Shown piece after piece: positions 49,849 through 61,450 of a stretch of DNA of 64,000 nt. The number at the start of each line of letters is the position of its first letter. The stretch's first letter is position 1. This DNA is from Lama guanicoe. Its lineage: Eukaryota. The translations under genes and the position numbers were made by a program. A model generated the notes under the pieces. It saw only the letters and a program-made list of their open reading frames with translations, was not told where the DNA came from and did not search any database. The stretch lies in the NCBI GenBank assembly GCA_013239625.1, contig MU054843.1:6801184-6865183 (forward strand), written 5' to 3'.

Positions 49849-52023
49849 ATGACACATCCACACACGTCCACACACACACATTCTCAGTCCCGGGCTCCCA
49901 CCGAACAACAAATCACACGTTTGGAACACATTTCAAATTTGTTTAGTAAGCTACCGGGAGTGTAGGTTTCACTCATATGTTTTTGCTATCACCTTTTTGA
50001 TGAGGCAAAACATGAAACTTAACCATACTTCAGCCTTGGGGAAAGCAGCTGGTTCGGCAGCAGGGCCACATGCTGTGTATATGAGGAGTGTAAATTTGGA
50101 TCACACACGCTGTGATGACGCTGGCAGTGGGGATAAAAATAAACACCTCCCAACACCCTGGGCATTGTGATTATAGTACTCAAACCTTGAGCCTGAGGGT
50201 GGTGAAGGCAAATAGGGGAAGAGTGAACACACTGTAACACCTCCTTCCAAGAAAGCTGATAGGATCAGGAAAAACAGGAGACATCATTTAGTAGGAAACT
50301 CTGTCTCCCTTTCTCTCCCTCTCTCTTTTCTTCCTCCCTCTTCCCACTATCTAAAATGTATCAGGGCTGCAGTTTTAATTAACTTTTGTGACTTAAACTG
50401 TAGAGCACCTGTCTGAAAACCACCAAAGAGTGCCTCTTCCATGGAAACACTCCAAGCCATCAGCTAACCTGGATTTGAAGTTCCTCCGTGGTTGGAGCCT
50501 CACAAAGCAGACAAAAACTCCTTTATTAAAAAGCTCGGAAAGAACTGAACTCTGAAACGATAGGGTCTCTGTGTTCTTTATGTAGGTAGGCAATTTCCCA
50601 GCAAGGTTTCGGGTTTTGCAGTTAGCTTTTGTAATCACAATAAAAGAGAGATAGTAAACTTTCCAGTGAGTGGCAGCAGCGCCTTAACACTAGGCTGTGT
50701 GAAAGCAGATCACGTTACCTGGCGCCTTGCCTTGCAGTGGGGGGGTTACTCTATAAAACTGTGTTCTGTGTAGGCATCCAGGTAGCCTTCCTTCACCAAG
50801 GCACGTCACCGCAACTGTGCGAAGCTGATTTAGTTTTTTCATTAAGGAAAAAAACTCCCTTCCCTGAAATTCAATTGATGTTGACAGTCCCTTGCTAAGT
50901 GAATTTGTGTGGGAGCTGTGGGTGATGGGCAGAGAAGGAGGAAATGTTGCAGGGGAAGCATCTACAGGCTAAGTAAACTACTAGGTGAACCACCTTAGGG
51001 GCAAGACTGTTCTATGATTCCTTTGGTTGCTGTGTGTGACTTGCCAGGGGAGGTGGTAACTTAGGAGTCTGGCTACTTGATGAAGTCACTGGACTAACAA
51101 GAGTTTGGAAACTGCTGATCATTGTCACTTCTGCTTTCCTGTGATGAGAATAGATGCTATTAAATTCAGAACTGTTTTCAGCTCTGAAGACTTTATCACT
51201 TAGTTCATGACACATAAGCATTGCATACAATGATACCCTACCTAATAAGTACAAGTATTAAAAATCATATTCCAATGGGGAACTGTCCTTCATGCTGAGC
51301 TTCTGCTAGTAGAAGAATTTCAAGGGAATGGTTCCTATCTGCTGGTGCGAATTGGCCTTCTCCACATCACCATGGAGGGATTGGAACTGTATGGATGAAG
51401 CTGTGGATGAGGGACATTCAGGGCCAGGAAAGGCTGCTGGATTGACAGAAGACAGAATAAGTGTAATGAGGAAAGCAGTCATTCAATCAATAAATGTGTC
51501 TTGACTGCCAGCTGTCTACCCACTGTAAGACACTGTTCTAGGAACTAACCAGACAGCTCATGTTCAGCCAACATTTCTTACTCAGGACGTACGGGCAAGG
51601 TTCCCCACTAGGCATAGCTGGGACACAAAGACCAATAATTCGCAGCCATTAACAATCCTGTCTCTTAAACGCTAGTGAGGGAAGATACCAATACCAAGTT
51701 TGGAACATTAATGGGATATCGTCAGAGCTCAAAATAGGGTGTGTATGCATTTGAAGTGGTCTGAGACTAATAAACTTGCACGAGCAAATTGGCACAAATT
51801 GGCAAGTGCTGAGGAGTTGCAGAAGGGAGCATGTTAAGGTGAGGCCAACCCAGGAAGGTGATTTGGGACTAGGCTAATTTTGAATTGGAAGTTCAGGGCT
51901 CTTAGGCTTAGGTCCCTGTCTTAACCTATGCATTCCTGCTGGACCTAACCAGACCGTTCACTGGGGGCCAGAACCCATCAAGGACATCTTAGGCATGTAT
52001 CCCATTCTAACTTTCAGGCTTCC

Positions 52024-52970
52024 TAGAGAATGAAAAGTATGTACCCCAGAGGTCAAAAGCAACCCAAAGAAGTATTGTGTTTGGCCTGCAAATTTGTTTT
52101 TATTCTGGGGTTTTTTTTTTTTTTTGAGCCAACATTAAAAAAATCAATGGAGATTTCTATCATCTTTAAAAGAAATGAGAAGATACGGCAGCACTGGGCC
52201 TACAGCATGGAAATATGAATCCAGAGCTGGGAAATTTCTGACCCCCACCTCACCCTCCAGGTTAGATGGGCCTTGCCTCCCCACGCATGGTCCCCGCCAC
52301 TTCCTTGGCCTCCTCTACTCGAAATCACCCACTAACTGCCATTTCTCATGAGAGTTGCAACATTGATATTTTATAGTAAAGAAATATCTTCTTCCAATGT
52401 CACTATCAAATATGGGGACATGAAAGACTTCACATATATATAAAGGAAAAAAACATTATTCCTTGCTTCATTCTACAGATATTTATTGAGGATCTACTTT
52501 GAGCCAGATACTGTTTTAAACACTAAGGATATAGCACTGGGGCAGGGGGTGGGGGTGGGGAGGATGGACATGTTCATCCCTTTGTCAAGCTGTTTCTTAC
52601 TTGTGTAAGAGAGAGACAATAAATAAATATACAATAGACCTTCAGAGAGTTGTATGCAATAGGAGAAGAAAAAACAGCAGGTGTAAGGTAAGGGTGCAGG
52701 GTAGGGATGGGGTGAAGAGGCAGATACATTGGTCAGGGAAGGCCATTCCAAAGAAGTGGCATTTGAACAGAAATCAGAATGCACTGGAGAAGTGAGCATT
52801 GAGAAGGTGTATTTCTTTGTGGAAGAAAAAAAATCCCGATGTATTTAATATGCAAAGGGCATTAGTGTCAAAAGAACTCAAGACATTATTATGAAATCAA
52901 CCAAGGTGAAAATTATGGAACAGCACCCAGAAAAAAATTGAGGCCCAGTCTTTAAGAAGTTTGCTTTTTG
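52024..52970 (+). mobile_element. Charlie8-type hAT transposon 5' part with transposase N-terminal remnant, interrupted by an L2
   Basis: MER102-like 5' end. ATG at 52397 gives MSLSNMGT*K. After the L2, 52801 onward gives EKVYFFVEEK/IPMYLICK...RHYYEIN with frameshifts, resembling the Charlie8-derived domain of GTF2IRD2 (recalled as YFFVEVQNIPTCLICK...RRHYQTNH). Confidence 0.7.
52465..52800 (-). mobile_element. L2 3' fragment nested in Charlie8
   Basis: ttcattctacagatatttattgaggatctactttgagccagatactgttttaaacactaaggatatagca...ggtcagggaaggccattccaaagaagtggcatttgaacaga. Confidence 0.8.
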
Positions 52971-55039
52971 AATGTTTTTTTTAAAACAAAGAGCTATATT
53001 TTGAATTTCATATTCATTCCACTGAAGATCAAAATCCAGTTTGGTATTAGCAATCTAATTACATTTCAATCTTAGTGACCTTGTGGGGTACAAAGAGCAT
53101 CTCGCTAAAGAGAGAAGCTAGGCTCAGAACAGTTAATGTCCTTGCTTACGGCAACATGGTTACTAAGTAGTAAAGACAAAATAAGGCTACCCTGACTCCA
53201 GTTCCAGCTTCTTTCCAAGGCTAGAGCTTTAATAAGTTCCTCCAAAGCACCTATAACCAGAGCAGGGTGAAAGCAAACCTGGGTGAGGAAGTGAGGGGGT
53301 TCAGTAGTATAGAGGGCCAGGAAGTGTTTTTGAGCAACCAGTTCCAGATACAAAATTTCTTCTTGATTTCATGTTATTTTTGAAATACAAACACATTTTA
53401 CATCTGTTTCATAATGTATCTCTATTCTTTCCATTTTGATCAGATTAAGATGTGCTTTTTTTTTTACCACTTAACTTTGCTTACCATCCTCCGCCCCCAA
53501 ACATATTGAGTACCCTAGTTTTGAAAACAGGACCAGAAGGCCTGCAGAATTAACTAGCAGACTAGCAGAACCAGAGCCAGCAGGGACTTGAAGATGTACC
53601 AGGGCTACACACCATTATATTCTACATCAAAAGCAGGATTATTAAGATACATAAAGATGATTAAAATACTCTCTGCATTGCAAACATAAGGAAGCATGTA
53701 TTATGAAATGGTATTCAAGTAATAAACATTCATTTTACTTACTTTACTGTAATTTTCAAGATGTCATGCACATCTGGAGATAAAAATAACACAATCCAAG
53801 AAAACGGGGAATGGCAAGATCCAAGAATAAAGTTATTGAACACAAATCAGTGGATTGCTGAGACAAGTTTTCCTTTACTGCCTAATGTCATTATTTCATT
53901 AAGGGTAAAATACAACGTTACCATTCCGGAATGTATCACATAGATGTTTCCAAGGGTTGGTGTCTCTGCACTCTTCTCATCATAAACTGTTACAGATGGG
54001 TTTGGGGGGTTTGTGGGTCACATGATGAAAATAACTCTCCCTTGCCTTGTCTTTCAATCTTTGTATAATTGCAGGGGGGTGGTTACTTATCAGTTTTTGA
54101 CTCATCTATGATGGAGAGATTCTCTTCCCTGACTTTTCCCTGCACCTGATATTTTACCCAATTTTCAAGTTAGAAGGATGAACTTGGCAGATGGCCTTCC
54201 TCAAACCATTCATCACTCTTGCAAATGGCTGGCATGAGTCCTCATTATTTCCCTCACATTCCAACACACGTTGTTCCAAGACATCTTTCCACGGACCATG
54301 AAGGAAAGAGCTCCACACACCAAGAAACAAAACACAGCCATGGAATCATATTTTGTCCAAAGATCTCTGAAGATGTTGATATTGGTTTACTTGAACCAAG
54401 GACTTCTAGAAATAAATCTGGGTGTGAGTTAGGAGTGGATTTAAAAAGAGGATGCAGAACTGTCCTTCTAGGGCCTCTTTGAAGGAGGAGAGAAAAGATT
54501 TGTTTCATCTGCAAGCCATTTGAGGAAGCAACTGACAGGGCAGTTCTCTGCAAATGCTTCTTTGTGGCCTCTAACCCTCTGCGGCTTCCTTCCTTTCTTA
54601 TTTCCACCTCCTATTCCCAGCCTTTAAAAGTACTGATTATACAAATCACTGTAGTCCACACTTGCTCTTTTTTTTTTTTTTTGATGGCTTAGGTGCATTT
54701 TGTTGGTTTTCTTTCAGAATTTGTTTACAAAAGAGCAAAGTTAAAAAGCATGTCCCTGGCAAGAAGATGAGAACCCTTCCTCTTTCCCAAGATCCTTACC
54801 CCCTCCCCATGTTCCCCAACTGTGTACTGCTGCAGTTCATGGGGTTGGGGGGCTTGATGCGTTTATACCCCATCAAGCCCCAAAAGGGAAAAGACCTACG
54901 ACCTAGCAACCCCTGCCCTCAGCCCCATCCCCCAGACATTGGTTCTGGTTACAGAAGATGGTGGTGAGAATTGTTGGGGTCCAGTCAGGCGGTCCTTGTC
55001 TTTCCCATTGCTGGAAGTGCCTGTCTCCAGCATCTACCG

Positions 55040-55500
55040 CTCCTACTGTCACCAGAGCAAACTTAGCAAAGCACAGCTCTAGTCAAGTTCCTCTCCTGAT
55101 TAAAAGTCTCAGAGGCTCCCCATGCCTACAGGGTAATATCCTACTCATAGGACCTGGATTAACTTTCTCTCCATCTCTGACAGTTCCCTGCCCCATATAT
55201 TCCAGGGCCTGCTCCCCCTCTGCCAGGCCTGTCCACCTGCTGGCCTCTCTAAATGGAACACCTTTCCTTATCTCTGCTTGTTTGGTTTCTGTTTGAATTC
55301 ACAACTCTGCTCTCCTTTCTCAAACACCCCCTTCCCCCAATACCCAGAGCACCTCAAACATAGCTCTAACTTAGCAAGTATATTTTAAATTTTTCTCGGT
55401 TTTACCACCTCTCACCCAGGCCCCACCAACCCTCAGAGGATAAAGACTGGGTCTTCAATTAATATCCTCTCCCCTCCAGGGGCATTAGCTCCCCTGCACA
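55040..55500 (+). mobile_element. L2 fragment (degenerate)
   Basis: cactgtcaccagagc-like motif, cctctcctgattaaaagtctcagaggctccccatgcctacagggtaa. Confidence 0.5.
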
Positions 55501-55904
55501 TCCAATCTACCCTGCCTTGGGAAAAAAAACAAAAAAACAAAAAACCCACAGCTGGAAGCTGAGAGATGCTGGAGCAGGTGCTTGAGATGGCCCCCAGGAG
55601 CAATACTGGGACCCATCCACAAAGCTGCAGCAGAAATCAGGTGGACTTAGGGCATACAATGTGCCTGCTGCAGGCACACAGATTTCAGTAACCATGGAAA
55701 CTCAGAGTAGGAGAGTGTATCACAGCCCCCTGGCCCAGGCTCCCATACAGCCCAGGGATGCTTTTGCAGATCGCTGACAGATGGGCAGCTTCTTCTCCTC
55801 CCCTCCCTAGACATGGCCAAGTGATATCACCAGACAGCTCATTGCTTGGCATTTTTGCCAAATATAAATTGATCTGATTTTAATAATTACAATATTTACA
55901 AATT

Positions 55905-56035
55905 AAGTAATAATAACTTTGAATGCTTATTGTATACCAAGTACTGTACTAAGAGAATGGTATGTACCATTTAATCTTCAAAAGTACGTTCTGTGGTAAA
56001 CCAATCATCATCATCCCCATTTTCCAGGTAAAGAC
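55905..56035 (-). mobile_element. MIR SINE (interrupted by the adjacent LTR)
   Basis: gaatgcttattgtataccaagtactgtactaag...catcatccccattttccaggt. Confidence 0.65.
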
Positions 56036-56468
56036 AGTAGCAGATGCTGCCTGTGCCCTGACCATTCCCCCTCAGGCCCCCTATTGGAGTACATGCTGGC
56101 AGGACTCCCCAGTGCCTGCACCTGCATCTCTGGGCCAGAGCCCACTTTTCTGCAATATGTTTGGCCAAAAGTGCCAGAGAATTAACCACTCCTTAGAAGC
56201 ATCCCCCAACCAATGACTGAGAGAACTGCCCCTCCAGTGGGTTGGCTCTGTGGTATGTGGTCTACACTAGTTCTCAGAGGTCCCCAGTGAGGTGAAGCTC
56301 TGGTTGCCCACAATTGTAACACACTAGACAACTCATCTTTTATTGGCTGCAGTCCTTTTTTCAGCTCACTTCCCCACTCCCTTACCAGTGTTTCCTGAGA
56401 TCACCTTCCAACATGTGTGCTTGAAACCTGGTCACTGGGTCTACTTCCAGAGGAGACTAACAAAGACA
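56036..56468 (+). mobile_element. ERVL solo LTR (LTR16-like)
   Basis: gtagcagatgctgcctgtgccc...caaccaatgactga...tctcagaggtccccagtgaggtgaagctctggttgcccaca...tttcctgagatcaccttccaa...aagaca. Confidence 0.75.
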
Positions 56469-57219
56469 GGGAGGCAAATGCACAGAGATCCAGGGAAACA
56501 CCCGGGATGATGTCTCACTCCAGGGCCCACACTCGTCTCTACTACCATGTACTGCTTCTCCATCCAGGCTTTCCACTGGAGAGACGAATGCCGTCTTCTC
56601 TCCTCTACACCCAAATATGTGAAGACAGCCCAAGGCTCCTATTCCTTCTGCCGTGACTGTTACAAATGTGGTTTCCATATTCATCACCCTATCGTGAGGC
56701 ACACTATCTGGCTTCAAATTTTCCACTCAAAATTAAACATATGAATTTTTTTCTGATTTAAAACTTCCATAATTCCATCCAGATGTTTCTTAATTTTGTG
56801 TCATTATAGAAGCAGAGAATTCAGAATATGGTCTAGCAAACTATTCAATTTTAATCCTATTCTAATAACAAAAATATTCCTGGGACTATTTCCATGTTCA
56901 AAGTAGCATCCATAAACACAAAATGTTGAATTGGTTACAGTGAATCTTATTACATAGGACAATATAAGTAATAATTATGTTAATAAGTTCTTATCAATTT
57001 GGCAAAATTTAAATATTGATTATATATTTTTACTCATTAGCAAAAAAAAAACCAAAACAATAAACACTTTAATAGACTTCTACTGTGTATCTTGGTCAAT
57101 TGCACCCTCATCTAGAGGTCCTGGATTTATCCCTGATATACCTTCTTCTCTAGCATCTTCTTTGTCAGTTATAAATAAAAATTTAGGCATCATAGATTAA
57201 CCTAAAGAAAATATTCCCC

Positions 57220-57314
57220 GGGGAGAGTAATAGCTCAGTGGTAGAGTGTGTGCTTAGCATGCACAAGGTTCTGGGTTCTGTCTCCAGTACCTCCATTAAA
57301 AAAAGAAAGGAAGA
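57220..57314 (+). mobile_element. vic-1-type SINE
   Basis: ggggagagtaatagctcagtggtagagtgtgtgcttagcatgcacaaggttctgggttc...cagtacctccattaaaa. Perfect 15-bp TSD aaagaaaatattccc (57204-57218 / 57315-57329). Confidence 0.92.
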
Positions 57315-57927
57315 AAAGAAAATATTCCCAGAAGTTAAGCCACTCCACAGTAGGATGTGCAAAATATCATCAATGAGTCTAAGGTTCTTGAATTGCTACA
57401 TGGACTCAATCTAGGTACACATTGTAAAATAATTGATAACTACAGGAATTGTAACATGTCACAGGTTATGAAATGAAGATTTATAGAATATTAAGGTGAG
57501 AGGAACCTTAGAGAACATCTATTTTTTCAATTTCACCTTTTGCAGAAGTAAGACCTTCCAACTAAGTAGTAACATAATTAGAACTTAGGTTTCTAAGCTC
57601 CCAATTCAGTGCTTAGTCCGTTTACCAATATCTGTCACAAATTCTGAAAAAATTCACTTTCCATCCCAGTTACAAGAGTATCCTTATATTTGGAGTCACT
57701 AATCCATCTCCATGATAACCAACACCTGGTTTAAAATAGATACATGAAGCTAATCAAATTTATGTCTCAGGAACTTAGGATTAGATCGATGAGGGACCAT
57801 GTCAGTGGAGAGCACTTGAACTGAGAGATCATGCTAAATAGCAGAGAATTAACACTGGGTGCCATACAGGGTCTACACAATAAGATCAGTGCAAGTCACC
57901 ACAAAGCCCCAAAAAGAGAGTAGCTTG

Positions 57928-57940
57928 AGTTTCACTTTCT
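57928..57940. promoter_or_regulatory. Consensus ISRE motif AGTTTCACTTTCT
   Basis: Matches AGTTTCNNTTTCY. Motif match only. Confidence 0.4.
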
Positions 57941-58622
57941 CAGAGTACTTCTGAGGTCTGGTGACTTTGGGACTTCATGAAGCCTATTTGTATTTTAAAG
58001 TAATATCTCTCAACCGAATTACTTGAACCAGCTTGAGTAGGGTTCTCTTCCCTGTGACCAAAAGCCCCTGGGTAGAAGACTCTTCCTTCTTCTTGCTACT
58101 GAAGTAGGCAACTGTAAAAATGGGTGGCGAATAATGGGAGAATGGACTTTGGAATCAGCATGAAGAACTGGAATAAAGCAGGAGACGCAGTTTAGCCAAA
58201 TGGCAGCTGTGGCTAGAGAATGTCATTGTATGAGAAAAAGAGGCTGAGATCACTAACTTCTTAAGCCAGGATAGGAGCAGGCCCTCGATTTTACAAATGT
58301 ACGGGTCTTGACTGGTAAGTTTTTGGTCCCCTTCCTCCTTCGACTTACCCTGGTGGTTCCAAACCAGAGAAACAAAGGAGTGAGATCTGTGAATCTGAAA
58401 GGGTGTATTCCCTTTTCCCCAGGCTATTCTTTGGACAATGAACTTATAGTCCTTTTGAGACCTCTGCGACTCCCACATTTTGGGGGTGGGTCAGCACCTT
58501 AGGTCAATAGGGCTTCTCCCAATTTCATACTGGTCTTATTGGTTTCCTATACAATATGACAGTCAATATACCTAAATCAATAAAGCATTTTAAAGGATCT
58601 TCTCCCCAACATCACTAAACAC

Positions 58623-58845
58623 TGTGGTATTGGCCCTATTTGTTTTCAACCAGCAGCCATTCTCCTACTTCTTTGTTGACAGAACTCTGATTATTCATTC
58701 CTCAGGAGAGGTGACCCCATTCCTAACTCACTAGCTCAGAAAAAATTCCAGATAAATTTAAGATAATCATGAAAACATCATTCCCTTTGTCAGCGACTGG
58801 TACAGGCATGGGCTTGTGAAATAAATCTAGCCAATGAGATAATGG
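58623..58845 (+). mobile_element. MaLR LTR 5' fragment (MLT1H/I-like)
   Basis: tgtggtattgg...gccattctcctacttct...acagaactctgatt...gactggtacaggcatgggcttgtga...tctagccaatgagat. Confidence 0.55.
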
Positions 58846-59869
58846 TAGCTAATATTTATTGATTGCTGTGTGCCCTGTTCCAAGAGTTTTATAGGAACTC
58901 ATTCTTTTATCTTTCATTATAACTTTATAATTTGGGGTCATTATTTGTTCCTACGTCATGTCTTCTTGAAAAGTAAGATAATTCATCTTCTTCATGGTTT
59001 AAGTTATTTTGATTTGGATTTTCTATTACATGTCACTACAAACATCTGAACTAATACTCAGATTAATTTGTTCTCTTCTCTTTAGAATCCCATTTAAGCA
59101 ATGTACAAAGATAGTAAAAGAGTATATAAATGCCATACATTACTATTGCAATTCTTTCCTTTCTGGTTCCTGTAAGAGTTTTTCTCCTTATCCTTTACTA
59201 TGAGTTAAAAAGAGAAGGTAGAGGAGAAAAGCTCATTTTCATCTATTAGGTTTATTACTAGGATACCTTATTGTTGGCTTTATTTATGAAAAATCACCTT
59301 GTAAATAAAGTAATGAATGAAAATAAGTCTTCAGTACAAACCCTCTTAAAAAGATAGACAAGTAGCTCTTTCCAATATTATATTATTTCACTTAGGACTA
59401 TCACTTGCTGAAACAGTAAAAGGTCCTTCAGTTTTTCATCCCAGGACTCTGACTGCATGGGTATTGAGTAAAATCCAGTCTTCTATTCTAATTTACATTT
59501 TTATGATATTAATTTTTGGACTATTTCAAATCATTGTCAACTAGCAAACCATTCCTCTATAAAATAACATTTTTGCTACATGTTTCCTGGTACTTTGGTT
59601 ACATTTCTACATGTTTTTGAAAATGTGGGAAAAAAATTACACTTCATTTCTTTAGTATTTACAGGAAATAGCCATTATATAGGCTCTTGGCCATTGTATT
59701 TCTAATACTATAGTAATAAATTAAGATTCAGGTGTTTTCTTGTTGCTGCTTAACCAACATAAGGCAACTCAGTCTAGTGACTTTTATATGTTATTATAAA
59801 TAATTCAGCTATATTGAAGTAGCTTAATATAGTAGTAGTACCAGATAATTAGATGTAAATGCTAACCCT

Positions 59870-60050
59870 GTAATTTATTATCTTTGCAACACTGGGCAAT
59901 TTAATATTCTTGTGCCTCAGTTTCCTCAGATGTAAAATAGGGATAATAACAACATCTACCTTTTAGGATTGTTGTGAGGATTAAAGGAATGAATTCCTAC
60001 AAAGCACTTGAAAGTTCTTGGCACAGAGGAAAAACTCTAAGTGTTATCAT
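59870..60050 (+). mobile_element. MIR SINE
   Basis: tgtgcctcagtttcctcagatgtaaaatagggataataac...ggattgttgtgaggattaaa. Confidence 0.8.
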
Positions 60051-60054
60051 CATC

Positions 60055-60650
60055 ATTATTACCAGGGTTAAACTGTAATTAACAGAAGACTTGATAAGTA
60101 GTGGCATAAATCATAAGAACATATGTTATTTACTTAATAAGAAGTCTATTGGCCCTGGGGTTGGTTTATAGCTCAAAGATACCTTGAAGGACTCAGGCTC
60201 CTGCTACCCTCCTGTTTTGCCACGCTCATTGTTTTAGCAAAGTTTCTCCTCATAGTCACAAGATGGCTGCCTCAATTATGAGTTCTTCAGGCAATAGGGT
60301 CCCAAACAGGAGGTAATGGGATGAGGGCAAAACTAAAACAAATAAATTAAAAGGCAGGATGCAGGAGAGGGGAGGTGTTGGTTTCTCCCGATGAATATTT
60401 ATCTTTTCAGAAGAAAGGAATTTCCTAGAAATAGTCAACAAATGTCTTCTTTGTGTCTTATTGGCCAGAACGGGGTCACATGACCACTTCTAGACCAATC
60501 ACTGGGAAAGAAGAGGACTGCCATGATTGATTTAGACCAACCATGAGTCATTTTCTGGGGCTGGGCCTTCTGTTGACTGACCAAAACCAGGTTTCCATCA
60601 CAAAGAAGAAAATAGCCACTGGATATACAACCAATAGTGTGTGTCATCAA
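60055..60650 (-). mobile_element. Old MaLR LTR (MLT1K-like)
   Basis: catagtcacaagatggctgcc...tcttattggccagaacggggtcacatgaccacttctagaccaatcactgg...tgatttagaccaa. Confidence 0.7.
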
Positions 60651-61049
60651 CAAGCATTCATTTGTTGCCTACTATGTGCTCAGCTTGTGCTCCTAATAAA
60701 ACTGTAGAAATTCCCAAAAGAACAAATGATATTTTCTTTGTCCTCCAGGTTCTATTTACTTGGCACCTTTAGTCTGAGGGCTACTTCTTCTAGGCCCTGC
60801 TAAGTAACTAAATCAGAGCCTTTAAGCCCTCATCCCTAATCCACTCACTCTGAGTGGCTTCACTTACTCTCCCCAAATAAGTTTGATCTTCCTTTTCATG
60901 GCCAAAACCATGCATTGCATCTTGAAGTGCTTCTCCACTTTCAAGTAGTGATACCTGAAGGATGGCACAAAGTTAGTGATTCAAAATCTCTTGTTTAGAA
61001 GCTTGAGCACCCCAGCAGATTCCATTTGTCATTTTTTTTCCTCTACTGA

Positions 61050-61450
61050 GGGCCTACTGTGAGCCAGGAGCTTTCATAAAATTCTTTCCATTAATTCTCA
61101 TTTTTAAAAATCCATGAAATGTGATTCAGATAAAGAAAAGAGAAATTAAGACAGATTAAGTGACTTGTGCAAAACCATCAGCTAGAAACACGGAAAATAA
61201 TTCCCTTTTATTGAGCATATGCTACGTAGAAGCCAAGTCTTAAATGCCACAGGTGGATTCATTTCTGTAATTCTCTTAACCAACCAATGAAGTAAGCATT
61301 CACTCACAACAGATACTTTCCAAGCACCCTCTCCCTGCCATTATATAGATAAGAAATCTGCAGCTTCAAAAGCTAAGTAACTTCCAGTTCACCCAGCTAC
61401 AAAATAATAGATATTATTTAAAGCTGGGTCTGTCTAATTCTAAAAGCTTT
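61050..61450 (-). mobile_element. Two adjacent MIR fragments
   Basis: gattaagtgacttgtgcaaaaccatcagctaga; ttttattgagcatatgctacg...atagataagaaatctgcagct. Confidence 0.55.

Noticed and set aside
49387-49965. 192-aa ORF
   Set aside because: It lies within an antisense MLT1-type LTR remnant, has a non-ATG start and shows no recognisable domain.
13790-53570. Small tandem duplications (e.g. 13790, 28300, 30391, 47385, 48705, 51785, 53550) as a repeat array or CRISPR-like structure
   Set aside because: These are unrelated 2-3 copy slippage duplications with no shared repeat unit or spacer organisation, in eukaryotic DNA.
566-60650. Repeat orientation bias as evidence for a host gene strand
   Set aside because: L1s lean to the plus strand (about 9:4) while LTRs lean to the minus strand. 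The signals conflict and the numbers are small.
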